A stretch of 64,000 bases of DNA from Phototrophicaceae bacterium (GTDB lineage: Bacteria > Chloroflexota > Anaerolineae > Aggregatilineales > Phototrophicaceae), in contig OZ250157.1 in NCBI GenBank assembly GCA_965237765.1, positions 1,295,508-1,359,507 of the forward strand, read 5' to 3'. Each line of letters starts with the position of its first letter. The first letter of the stretch is position 1. The notes below the pieces were generated by a model, which saw nothing but the letters and a program-made list of their open reading frames with translations, had not been told where the DNA came from and did not search any database. A program made the translations under genes and the position numbers. Shown in pieces: positions 1 through 8,482 of this stretch.

Positions 1-893
1 TCGACGATGAAAGCCGCGTGCAGGGTGGGCAGCAGGTCAGCCGCTTCCGGCGCCGTGAGCGCGTCTTCCGGCCGCGGCTCGCGCAGGATGTGCTCGATTT
101 CGGCGCGCAGGCGGCTGCCGCTGAGGCGGGCCAGGATCGGTAACGATTCCTGCGCCCAGCGGGCCGTCTCTTCCTCCCAGCGCAGGCCGAGGCGGGCCGC
201 CAGCCGCAAACCGCGCAGGATGCGCGTCGGGTCGTCGCGGAAGCTGGCCGGGTGCAGGGCGCGCAGGCGTCGCTCTTGCAGGTCGCGCTGGCCGCCGCAA
301 GGGTCGAGCAGCTGCCCGAAGGCCGGCGGCGGGCTGAGCTGCAGGGCGAGCGCGTTGACGCTGAAATCGCGCCGCCAGAGGTCCTCTTCGGCCGTGCCGG
401 GGTAGGGCTGGGGCAGCTGGCCGGGGCGCGGGTAACGTTCGCGGCGCGCGTTGGCGAAATCGACCGCGATGTTCTCTATCGCCGCGATGTTCTCTATCGC
501 CGCGATGTTCTCTATCGCCGCGATGTTCTCTATCGCCGCGATGCCGCTCGGTGCCAGCCACTGCGCGGTGCCGAAGCGGGCGTGGGTTCGCAGCTCGCCG
601 CCGAGATCGGCCTGGAGGGCGCGGGCGAATTGGATGGCATCCTGGAGCGAAGGGCCGGCCAGCATCAGGTCCAGCTCATTTCCAGGATAGCCGAGCAGCC
701 AATCACGCACCACACCACCGACGAGGTAAAGGGGGCGCGTGCCGGCACTTCGCGGCCGTAAGAAGCGCGTGCCGGCACTTCGCGGCCGTAAGAAGCGCAC
801 GTCGGCGCGGGCGACGATCTCGAAGAGGAGGGCGGCGCGCTCCGGGCCGAGCTGCTGGCGAGCCTGGGCGTGGGTGAAGGTAGGGGTGATCAT
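1..893 (-). CDS. tRNA nucleotidyltransferase (CCA-adding) / poly(A) polymerase family protein; 3' end runs off the window
   Basis: Own minus-strand translation from ATG at 893..891: MITPTF...LYLVGGVVRDWLLG...FGTAQW...VDFANARRERY...RRDFSVNALA...FRDDPTRILRGLRLAARLG. Not in the supplied track because there is no stop in the window. Carries two in-frame repeat insertions (737-796 and 466-545). Confidence 0.8.
   Translation of the reverse strand, partial: MITPTFTHAQARQQLGPERAALLFEIVARADVRFLRPRSAGTRFLRPRSAGTRPLYLVGGVVRDWLLGYPGNELDLMLAGPSLQDAIQFARALQADLGGELRTHARFGTAQWLAPSGIAAIENIAAIENIAAIENIAAIENIAVDFANARRERYPRPGQLPQPYPGTAEEDLWRRDFSVNALALQLSPPPAFGQLLDPCGGQRDLQERRLRALHPASFRDDPTRILRGLRLAARLGLRWEEETARWAQESLPILARLSGSRLRAEIEHILREPRPEDALTAPEAADLLPTLHAAFIV
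466..545. repeat. 18-bp tandem repeat GCGATGTTCTCTATCGCC, about 4.4 copies, in-frame inside the CCA-enzyme gene (IAAIEN x4)
   Basis: Perfect units at 466-483, 484-501, 502-519 and 520-537, plus a partial unit. The unit has inverted ends GCGAT...ATCGC. Confidence 0.95.
737..796 (+). repeat. Dispersed 30-nt repeat, 2 tandem units (C:G variant), inside the CCA-enzyme gene
   Basis: GCGTGCCGGCACTTCGCGGCCGTAAGAAGC x2. Read on the gene strand as RFLRPRSAGT x2, directly before LYLVGGVVRD. Confidence 0.95.
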
Positions 894-1020
894 GGGGTTA
901 GGATAGCGGGCGATGCGTTGCATCGCAGGCCGGCGCTTTGTGACTGCAGTCGCCGTCGAGAAAAGGGTCAAAGAGCGCATGTTACAATGTGGCCGCGGCC
1001 AGCAATGGATGGGGGCCACT

Positions 1021-1560
1021 ATGGACGAACCGAGGCAAGAATTCAACCAGGCGAAAGCCCTGGCGGTCGTCCTGTATCTGGCGATTCGCACCCCTCGTCC
1101 CAGCTTCATGAGCATCGCCAAACTGATGTACTTCGCGGACAAAACCCATCTGGAGCGCTATGGCCGCCTGATCAGCAGCGATCACTATGTCGCCAGGCAA
1201 CACGGGCCGGTGCCGAGCAACACCTACCAACTGATGCGCGACTCCGGAATCTACAGCCCATATGGCTTTAAGGTCGTCGACGATTACTTCATCGAGGCGA
1301 TTGACGCCCCGGACCTGGGCGAACTGGCGGACCAGGAGGTCCAATGCCTGGATGAGATCATCGCGCGTTTCGGCGACGCGCCTACCTGGTACCTGCAGCA
1401 ACTGAGTCAGGATCGCGCCTGGCAGCGCGCCTGGCAGGGTGGGCAGGAGCAGGGCGAAGCGAGCCACCCGATTCCCGAAGCGGAGCTGCTCCGCATGTTG
1501 TTCGCGGACCAGGGCGAGCAATGGCCGTCCTTTATCCAGGAACTCCGGGACAACCTTTAA
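1021..1560 (+). CDS. Panacea/DUF4065 (SocA/GepA-like) domain protein, putative antitoxin
   Basis: IAKLMYFADKTHLERYGRLISSDHYVARQHGPVPSNTY matches the DUF4065 core as I remember it. The track ORF starts at 913, and ATG 1021 (MDEPRQEF) is my preferred start. Confidence 0.6.
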   Translation: MDEPRQEFNQAKALAVVLYLAIRTPRPSFMSIAKLMYFADKTHLERYGRLISSDHYVARQHGPVPSNTYQLMRDSGIYSPYGFKVVDDYFIEAIDAPDLGELADQEVQCLDEIIARFGDAPTWYLQQLSQDRAWQRAWQGGQEQGEASHPIPEAELLRMLFADQGEQWPSFIQELRDNL

Positions 1561-1976
1561 TGCCCCTCCGCGAGGCAAAAGCCTGGCGTGTCTTCCGTTA
1601 CCAGAATCCGGACGACGAACCGGATGGAGCGTTGATTCTCGCCTTGTGGGTGGCAAGTGACACCATCCATGGAGTCAGGATCCATGCCAAACCGGCGAGG
1701 ATCAAGCCCTTGCAGGAAAGCGAGACGCTCCTCACGCTGGATTTCCTGCCACGACCGCTGGCTTACATCCGTTTCGACACGCTATTCAGCGGCAGCTTCG
1801 AAGCGTTCACCTCGAGCGACCAGGAGAAGAATTGGGTGGTCACGGGCCGCGCGCGCTATCAGGTGCTGGCCAAAGCCCTCAGTCCCGAATCGCGCTTATC
1901 GGGCAGAGTGAAAGGACTTTTGCGGCAGGAAAACCTCGCGTTCTTGAACCATTGGGCGAAGCGATTGCGGCTCTAA
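1560..1976 (+). CDS. Hypothetical protein, candidate toxin partner of the Panacea-domain protein
   Basis: ATG at 1560 overlaps the upstream TAA (TAATG). The 138 aa contain no motif I recognise. The 3' end overlaps the convergent methyltransferase gene by 4 nt. Confidence 0.45.
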   Translation: MPLREAKAWRVFRYQNPDDEPDGALILALWVASDTIHGVRIHAKPARIKPLQESETLLTLDFLPRPLAYIRFDTLFSGSFEAFTSSDQEKNWVVTGRARYQVLAKALSPESRLSGRVKGLLRQENLAFLNHWAKRLRL

Positions 1977-3427
1977 TTTACTCCCGCATCCAACCGCCGC
2001 TGCCAGGCCTGCGGGCGCAGCAGCTCCAGCGTCTCGCCCGCGCCGACCAGCGGCGGTACCGGCGCGCCACGGCGCCCTTCCAGCCAATCCTCCACGCTCC
2101 AGACACCGATGCGCGGCCCGCTCCACCCATTCAGTTGCACGCGCTCCTGAGCGCCGAGGTGGCCGCGCAGTCTATCAGCGATGCGCTCTTCGAGGACAAC
2201 CAGCAGCCCCGCCGCGCAGCCGTTCATCGTGAGCGCGCCGTGGAAGGCATCCAGCACCGGCCGGCCGACCGTTTGCCCGCCTTTGACCTGGAAGCCGAAG
2301 AGCGGTTGCGGCCGTTTGGCGCTGGCGATGACGGCGCGCCCATCCAGCCCGCCATCACCGCTCTGCTTGAAATTCGGCTGGGCGCCGGGGATGAGGCGGA
2401 TCGCCCAGCGCTCGAATTCGTAAGGGGCATTGGCGGCGAGGCGCTGGGCCTGCTCGAAATCGTAGGGGATGCCGCGGATCTGCGGGTCGACGCCGCAACG
2501 GTCGCGCAGGCGGCGGGCCATCAGGTCGACGGCCAAGGGTTCGACATCGATGCCCAACCAGCGACGCCCGAGGTTCTGGGCGGCTTCGACGGCCGTGCCG
2601 CAGCCGCAGAAGGGATCGAGGACGAGGTCGCCCTCGTCGCTGCTGGCCTGGATGATGCGTTCGAGTAGGGCGAGCGGCTTTTGGGTGGGGTAGCCGAGGC
2701 GTTCTTTTGATCTAGAAGAGAGGGTGATCTGCCATACATTATCAATTCGCTTGCCGTCTGGATTTATGTAGTATTTCTTCCCATTATTGGTTCGATAAAT
2801 TCCAATCTCATCACTTTGCCATTTTCGCAGTGTTGTTTTCGGCCATTTCTCTCTTAATACATTGAAGCAGTTTTTTGATTCCTTAGCATAAAACAAAATG
2901 GTGTCCGTATTCTTGATGAAATGTCGCAGTGGGTTGCCAGATGATGTCTGATAATGCCAAATTACTTCGTTCCGAAACTGTCGCGTCCCAAACACCCCAT
3001 CCATCAACAGCTTCAAATAATGCCCGGCAGTCGGGTCGCAGTGCAGGTAAATGCTGCCGCTCTCTTTGAGGACGCGCTTGCAAGCCAGCAGGCGCGCGGC
3101 CATGTAAGCCAGGTAGGCGGGCAGGCCACCCCCGGCGGCGATGTTGCCCCCGGAAGCGAAATTGAGCAAAAAACCCAGCTGCTGGTAGAGGGTGGCGTCG
3201 CGCTCGGCGACGTAATCGAGGGCCTCGTCCTGAGTATCCGACCAGACCCAGGTATCCTGAAAGACGCTGGCCTGGGCCTTGCCGCCGAGCGGGATGTTGT
3301 AATCGCGCTTGGAGTTGAAGGGCGGGTCCAGGTAGATGAGGTCGACACTGGCGGCAGGGATGTCGTCTGTAAGGATGCGCAGGCAATCGCCATAGAAGAG
3401 GGTGTTTTCGGGAGTTGTGGCTTGCAT
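1973..3427 (-). CDS. DNA methyltransferase (N6-adenine/N4-cytosine, beta-class) fused to a C-terminal Mrr-like PD-(D/E)xK nuclease domain
   Basis: Motif IV is IYLDPPFNS and motif I is LDPFCGCGTAVEAAQNLGRRWLGIDV. The C-terminal GDGGLDGRAV...FGFQVKGG resembles the Mrr catalytic core. The central 2700-3010 segment is strikingly low in GC. Confidence 0.85.
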   Translation of the reverse strand: MQATTPENTLFYGDCLRILTDDIPAASVDLIYLDPPFNSKRDYNIPLGGKAQASVFQDTWVWSDTQDEALDYVAERDATLYQQLGFLLNFASGGNIAAGGGLPAYLAYMAARLLACKRVLKESGSIYLHCDPTAGHYLKLLMDGVFGTRQFRNEVIWHYQTSSGNPLRHFIKNTDTILFYAKESKNCFNVLREKWPKTTLRKWQSDEIGIYRTNNGKKYYINPDGKRIDNVWQITLSSRSKERLGYPTQKPLALLERIIQASSDEGDLVLDPFCGCGTAVEAAQNLGRRWLGIDVEPLAVDLMARRLRDRCGVDPQIRGIPYDFEQAQRLAANAPYEFERWAIRLIPGAQPNFKQSGDGGLDGRAVIASAKRPQPLFGFQVKGGQTVGRPVLDAFHGALTMNGCAAGLLVVLEERIADRLRGHLGAQERVQLNGWSGPRIGVWSVEDWLEGRRGAPVPPLVGAGETLELLRPQAWQRRLDAGVN

Positions 3428-3521
3428 AACTCCGCACTATATCGTGGCGGCCCTCCCACGCAAGTTGCCGCTGCCGTCAGCGCGCCGAAACGATAGGTAC
3501 GCGGATGCGTTCGTTTCGCCC

Positions 3522-4082
3522 TCAGCCCTCCTCGTATTCGCGCCAGGGGATGAAGCGCTCGCGGTAGACGAGGTCCTGCCAGTAGCGGCGTTTGGCGGGC
3601 TTCATCACGAAGGAGGGGTTGGGCTGCGGGTGCCCCACACAGAGCACGATCCAGGGCGTGAAGCGCGGCGGCAGGTTGAGGATCTTGCGCAGCGCGGGCA
3701 CGTTGAAGGAGGACACCGGTCCGCTCGCCAGGCCGATGGAATGCGCCGCCAGCGCCATGGTCTGCGCCGCCTGACCCACGTCCATCAGGAAGACGGGGTC
3801 ATCGGCCTCTTCGTCGATGTAGGTGGGGAAGTTGCGCCGGTCGACGCAGACGAAAATGTAGAGGGGCGCGTTCGAATAGATGCCCGGCGAGACGCGGCGA
3901 ATCAGCTCGATCAGCTCCGGGTCCTGCACCGCGAGGAAGCGGGTGGGCAGGTTGTTGCTGCCGGTCGGCGACCAGCGGCCGGCCTCCAGGATGGTCTCCA
4001 GGTCCTGCTGCGAGACCGGTTCGTCGGTCATTTCGCGCACGACGCGGCGCGTCTTGATGTTCTTCAGCACGGGGTTGCTCAT
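3522..4082 (-). CDS. Nitroreductase family protein
   Basis: MSNPVLKNIKTRRVVREMTDEPVSQQDLETILEAGRWSPTGSNNLPTRF is a typical nitroreductase N-terminus. Start chosen at ATG 4082 rather than the track's 4361. Confidence 0.85.
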   Translation of the reverse strand: MSNPVLKNIKTRRVVREMTDEPVSQQDLETILEAGRWSPTGSNNLPTRFLAVQDPELIELIRRVSPGIYSNAPLYIFVCVDRRNFPTYIDEEADDPVFLMDVGQAAQTMALAAHSIGLASGPVSSFNVPALRKILNLPPRFTPWIVLCVGHPQPNPSFVMKPAKRRYWQDLVYRERFIPWREYEEG

Positions 4083-4438
4083 GCTACACCTCCTGTCGGC
4101 CCGATGCTTCGCATCGGCAGTCCGGCGCGCGCGACCAGGCAATCGCCCAGCGCCTCGTTGAGCTCGACCACGATCGCCTTGTATTGGTCCGGCATACCAG
4201 TGATCGTGTGCGAGACCGGGATGCGCTCCAGGGCCACTTCCAGGAGCACCCGCACTTCCGGCGATACGTCGTCGATGACCATCGCGGCCAGGCGCTCGGC
4301 GGCAGTCAGCTGGCGCAGCGGCCCGTAAAGCGCCGGCTCGCGCAGCAACAGCAAGGAGCAACTCAAGAAGAGCGACATCATCTCGACGACCTGGTCTTCC
4401 GTCAGGAATTTCCGTTCCTCATCCATGGGCACCTCCAC
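4079..4438 (-). CDS. Hypothetical protein, translationally coupled to the nitroreductase gene
   Basis: ATGA overlap at 4079-4082 with the downstream nitroreductase start. Coding-like composition but no recognised motif. Confidence 0.5.
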   Translation of the reverse strand: MEVPMDEERKFLTEDQVVEMMSLFLSCSLLLLREPALYGPLRQLTAAERLAAMVIDDVSPEVRVLLEVALERIPVSHTITGMPDQYKAIVVELNEALGDCLVARAGLPMRSIGPTGGVA

Positions 4439-4541
4439 CGCTGCGCGGCACTGCGTTCACCCGGCAGTATAACACCGGCCGGCTGGGCGCTGCCACCGAT
4501 CTCGTTTCCCATACAATGCCTGTTATGTGGGTATTGGTGAG

Positions 4542-5939
4542 ATGAAGCGCGAGCCGGCACTTCGCGGCGCGAGCGGGCACTTCGCCGCCGTAAGAAGCCG
4601 TAAGAAGCGCGGGTGTGGCGGCTGCGTGCTGCTGTTGCTGCTCGTCGCGCTGGCGGTGGCGGTCTACCTGTTGGTGGCACGCAGCGAGGTGTCGTCCTTG
4701 CGCTGGCGGGTGGCGCTGCTCGGTCAGGGGGAGGCGCTGAACCGGCCGGCGGGCGCGGATGACACGCCGGTGCGCGTCCTGCTCCGCCCCGGGCAGAGCG
4801 CGCCGAGCCTGGCGGCGGCCTTGGCGGCAGCCGAGCTGATCCATTCCGAGCGCCTCTTCCTCGCCCATTTGCGCGCGGAGGGGTTGGATCGGCAGCTGGT
4901 CGCCGGCGAATACTACCTGGATTCGACGCGGAGCATCGTGGCGGTCGCGGCGGCGCTCGGCGCGCTCGGCAGCAGCCCCTTCCCGTATCCGTCCCTGGTC
5001 GCGCAGGACGCGGGGTCGCGCGTTCGCTTCACGGTGGCGGCGAGGGAGACGGTGGCGGGCATCGGTCAGCGCCTGCTCACGGCGGGTGTCATCGACGATG
5101 CGGCTTTCTTCGAGCGTTATGTGGCGCGCAATGGACTGGCGGCGGAAATCCAGCCGGCCATCTATTTCTTCTCACCCGCGCAGCATATTGGCGAGATCGC
5201 CCAGCGCCTGACGGACGCGGCCGCCAGCGTGATCCCGCTGCAGATCATGCCGGGGATGCGGCTGGAGGAGATCGCGCGCGCGCTGGATGAGAGCGCGCAC
5301 CCCTTCGCCTTCCGCGGCGCCGATTTCCTTTACTTAGTGGGGCAGGGCGCGGTGGTTGCGCCGGAATTTCGCGCGTTCGCCCAGTTGCCCACCGGCGCCT
5401 CGCTGGAGGGATTCTTCCTGCCGCAATTCCACCGCCTCAGCCCCGATATCAGCGCGCAGGAGCTGCGCGATCTACTGTTGGAGGCCTTCCCGCAGGCGCT
5501 GGCCGAGACGCCGCTGCCGGAAGAGGCGGCCGCGCAGGGCTGGACGATATACGAAGCGGTTACGCTGGCCGCGATTGTAGAGCGCGAGGCGATTTTCCCG
5601 GAGGAGTTTGCGGCGATCGCGGGGGTATACCGCAATCGGCTGGTGAACCGCTGGCGGTTGGAGGCAGACCCGACGGTGCAATACGCCCTGCAGGGCACGC
5701 GCGGGCGCTGGTGGCCGCAGATTTCGCCCGCCGATTACAGCAATGTCGTCTCCCCCTACAACACCTACCTGCAGACGGGCTTGCCGCCGGGGCCGATCGC
5801 CAGCCCGAGCCTGGCGGCCATCGAAGCGGCCCTGCGGCCCGAGCAATCGGATTATTTCTTCTTCCGCGCGCGCTGCGACGGGAGCGGCACCCATGCCTTC
5901 GCGGTTACCTACGAGGAGCACCTGGCGAATGGCTGCTGA
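4542..5939 (+). CDS. mltG: Endolytic murein transglycosylase MltG (YceG-like)
   Basis: YRNRL...LEADPTVQYAL...YNTYLQTGLPPGPIASPS...YFFFRA..GTHAF motifs. N-terminal TM segment. The cytoplasmic tail includes repeat-derived codons (4549-4608). Confidence 0.85.
   Translation: MKREPALRGASGHFAAVRSRKKRGCGGCVLLLLLVALAVAVYLLVARSEVSSLRWRVALLGQGEALNRPAGADDTPVRVLLRPGQSAPSLAAALAAAELIHSERLFLAHLRAEGLDRQLVAGEYYLDSTRSIVAVAAALGALGSSPFPYPSLVAQDAGSRVRFTVAARETVAGIGQRLLTAGVIDDAAFFERYVARNGLAAEIQPAIYFFSPAQHIGEIAQRLTDAAASVIPLQIMPGMRLEEIARALDESAHPFAFRGADFLYLVGQGAVVAPEFRAFAQLPTGASLEGFFLPQFHRLSPDISAQELRDLLLEAFPQALAETPLPEEAAAQGWTIYEAVTLAAIVEREAIFPEEFAAIAGVYRNRLVNRWRLEADPTVQYALQGTRGRWWPQISPADYSNVVSPYNTYLQTGLPPGPIASPSLAAIEAALRPEQSDYFFFRARCDGSGTHAFAVTYEEHLANGC
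4549..4608 (+). repeat. Dispersed repeat: 20-nt module (C:G) + 30-nt unit (G:C) + duplicated 10-nt tail
   Basis: GCGAGCCGGCACTTCGCGGC / GCGAGCGGGCACTTCGCCGCCGTAAGAAGC / CGTAAGAAGC. Confidence 0.9.
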
Positions 5940-5963
5940 GGGGGTGTGTTTGAGGGAGATGGG

Positions 5964-7622
5964 ATGGCGGCGCTCGCGAGCCTAGTATTCGCAAAGGCGG
6001 ATATCCTGCTTGCGCTACTGCTCTACCCGCTGCTCGGGTGGGTTTACTGGCGTTGGCTGCGGCCGCATTTGCCTGCGCCGGCGCGCTTTCTTTTTTACTC
6101 GCTCCTCGGCGGTCAGCTGTTGTTGCTGGTGGCTTTCGCGGCGACGTTAGAGCAGTACGGTAGTGACCTGCGCTGGTTGTGGCATCTCGATGGCGAATGG
6201 AATATCGTTGCGAGCTTCGCGGCGCTGCAGCTGGCACTCGTAGGTAGCCTGGCGCTGGTGGGCGCCCGGTCGCTATTCCCCCGGGGCGATTGGCGCTATT
6301 GGCTGGCCGTGAGCGTCAGCTTTTACCTGATGGCTGGCTATGAGTATTTATCGATACAAGCGGTGGCTCCTGCGACTATCCTGCGCGCTGTCCTGGGTGG
6401 AAGTGCGTTGGGGTTGGCGCTGGCGACGATCGTATGGTTGCCGCGTGTGGCAGGAGCACAGGCGCGTTTTGGCCGTTGGCTCGTCGCCGGCCTCGCGCTG
6501 AGCGTGTTGGGTGCTGAGATATTGGACCGTTTCGAGAACCTGTGTGTACCAGCGGGCATTTTAGGGGCGACGAAGCGTTGTGTGTGGCTTTTGCCGCTCG
6601 AAGAAGTGGCGGAAAACGCAGGTGCCCTGATCGCTGTGCTGGCGGCGCTGGGGATCACGCTGCATGCCCGGTCGGGCGCGGAATGGCGAGCGGTGGGGAA
6701 GCGTACGCTGGTGGCGCTCGGCCTGGCCGCACTGGTGCTCTACGCATTGGGCTGGCTAATCATGCCGCCGGCCCAACGCATTTTCCTGGATAACCGTCCG
6801 GCGATACTGACCGTACAGGGCGTTGAGCATGATCCTCTGGTCGCGGGAGAGGAGATAAAAATACAAGTTGAGCTAACGGCCCGCAAAGCGTTGCCGGCGC
6901 CGATCGGTTATTCGTTGCAGTTGACCGACTCTTTGAACGGAGAGGTGCTGGCATCTGTAGATCGGTGGTCGAAACGCCGGCCGGAGCGTTGGCCGGTGGA
7001 GGAGGTGGTAGCGCAGGAGCTGACGCTCCATATCCCAGAAGATGCGCCAGTGAACCGCGTGCTCTGGTTGGCGATGAGTCTCTGGTGGCATGATGGCGTG
7101 AATTTTTCGCCGCTGTCTCTTGACGCTGGCGAGTGGCAGCAAGTAACGGAGACACTCGTCAAGATCTCGGAAGTGATCTTGCAGGCGCCGACGGTGGAAG
7201 AGATGGAAGATGTGGGCAATACCTTCGCGACGGGTTTCACCCTTTTGCGCGCGGATTACCCCACTACAGCGCGGGCAGGGGAAGAATTTGCGGTCACTTT
7301 CCATTGGCAAGCGGAAGCGGCTGGGCAAGAAGATTGGCAACAGTTCTTGCATTTCACCCATGAAGAAAGCGGCGCGCTCTGGAATCACGACCAGCCGCCA
7401 CTCGGCGAACGCCTGCCGACGCACCTCTGGTATACGGGATTGGTAGACCAGGAGCGCTGGCAATTCACCCTGCCGGAAGATCTGGCGCCAGGTCGCTATC
7501 AGGTCCACACCGGCCTGTACCGTCTGTCGGATTTGCAGCGCGCGCCGGCCTGGGATGCGGCGGGGTTGCCCTGGCCGGAAGCGAAAGTAGCGCTGGGCAC
7601 GATCGAGATCGTCGCGCCTTGA
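5964..7622 (+). CDS. Integral membrane protein with a large extracytoplasmic C-terminal region
   Basis: Multiple hydrophobic segments in the N-terminal half. The C-terminal module (FAVTFHWQ...LPTHLWYTG...GRYQVHTGLYR) resembles the C-terminus of the DUF2723 protein at 41138-43123. ATG 5964 is preceded by GGGAG. Confidence 0.6.
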   Translation: MAALASLVFAKADILLALLLYPLLGWVYWRWLRPHLPAPARFLFYSLLGGQLLLLVAFAATLEQYGSDLRWLWHLDGEWNIVASFAALQLALVGSLALVGARSLFPRGDWRYWLAVSVSFYLMAGYEYLSIQAVAPATILRAVLGGSALGLALATIVWLPRVAGAQARFGRWLVAGLALSVLGAEILDRFENLCVPAGILGATKRCVWLLPLEEVAENAGALIAVLAALGITLHARSGAEWRAVGKRTLVALGLAALVLYALGWLIMPPAQRIFLDNRPAILTVQGVEHDPLVAGEEIKIQVELTARKALPAPIGYSLQLTDSLNGEVLASVDRWSKRRPERWPVEEVVAQELTLHIPEDAPVNRVLWLAMSLWWHDGVNFSPLSLDAGEWQQVTETLVKISEVILQAPTVEEMEDVGNTFATGFTLLRADYPTTARAGEEFAVTFHWQAEAAGQEDWQQFLHFTHEESGALWNHDQPPLGERLPTHLWYTGLVDQERWQFTLPEDLAPGRYQVHTGLYRLSDLQRAPAWDAAGLPWPEAKVALGTIEIVAP

Positions 7623-7723
7623 ACGGCACTGCCGGGGAAACGGTTGTTTGCCCAACCGGCCCGGTTGCCCAACCGACATGCATCCATATACTGAATCGGG
7701 AGTGGAAACGGAAGCAGCGGCAT

Positions 7724-8482
7724 ATGCCCGAAGAATTTGGCGGCTTCCCGGCCGCCAGCCAGCAATTCCTGGCGGAGCTGGCTGCCAACAACCGGCGCGA
7801 ATGGTTTCAGGAGCAGCGCGAGCGCTATCAGCGCGACCTGCTGGCGCCGGCGCAGGCCTTCTGCGTCGCCCTTGGTGAGCAGCTGCAAGCGATTGCGCCC
7901 GGCATCCGCTATGACCCGCGCGCGAATGGACAAGGCTCGCTGCTGCGCATCCAACGCGACACGCGCTTCTTACGGCCGCGAAGTGCCGGCACGCGCTTCA
8001 GCCGCGACAAATCGCCCTATAAGACCGTCGTCGGCATACTCTTTTGGGAAGGGCCGGGCAAGAAGATGGCACATCCCGCTTTCGGCTTTGAGTTGAGCGC
8101 GGCCGGCGCGCGCATGATGGCGGGCATGTTCGCCTTCGATAAAACGATGCTCGCCGCCTACCGCGCCGCCGTCGCTGATAGCCAGCGCGGTGCTGAATTG
8201 GAGAGGGCCATCGCCGCCCTGCGCGCCGCCGGCGAATATGAAATCAGGGGCGAGCGATACGCGCGGGTGCCGGCGGGGTATGCGGCCGACCACCCGCGCG
8301 CGGATTGGCTGCGCTATAAGAACCTGTACGCCGCTATGCCGCCCATCCCAGCGGCGCTCATCACGACGCCTGAATTGGTGGAGCATTGCCGCGTGCTCTG
8401 TGAAGGGGCGGCGCCCTTATTCGCCTGGCTGGTAGCGCTACAGTCGGGTACGGAAAATCATTTCATCGTAGGAGGTGGCTGA
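7724..8482 (+). CDS. DUF2461 (TIGR02453) family protein
   Basis: FGGFPAASQQFLAELAANNRREWFQEQRERY and RDTRF..SRDKSPYKT motifs. A 30-nt repeat (7965-7994) splits the RDxRFSxDKxPYK motif. Confidence 0.75.
   Translation: MPEEFGGFPAASQQFLAELAANNRREWFQEQRERYQRDLLAPAQAFCVALGEQLQAIAPGIRYDPRANGQGSLLRIQRDTRFLRPRSAGTRFSRDKSPYKTVVGILFWEGPGKKMAHPAFGFELSAAGARMMAGMFAFDKTMLAAYRAAVADSQRGAELERAIAALRAAGEYEIRGERYARVPAGYAADHPRADWLRYKNLYAAMPPIPAALITTPELVEHCRVLCEGAAPLFAWLVALQSGTENHFIVGGG
7965..7994 (-). repeat. Dispersed 30-nt repeat, single unit (C:G), in-frame inside the DUF2461 gene
   Basis: GCTTCTTACGGCCGCGAAGTGCCGGCACGC, flanked on both sides by ACGCGCTTC. Confidence 0.95.

Noticed and set aside
37-561. Minus-strand ORF with an HRGDRE x4 repeat.
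   Set aside because: It is the wrong frame of the 18-bp tandem repeat. The frame giving IAAIEN x4 is continuous with recognisable CCA-enzyme motifs on both sides.
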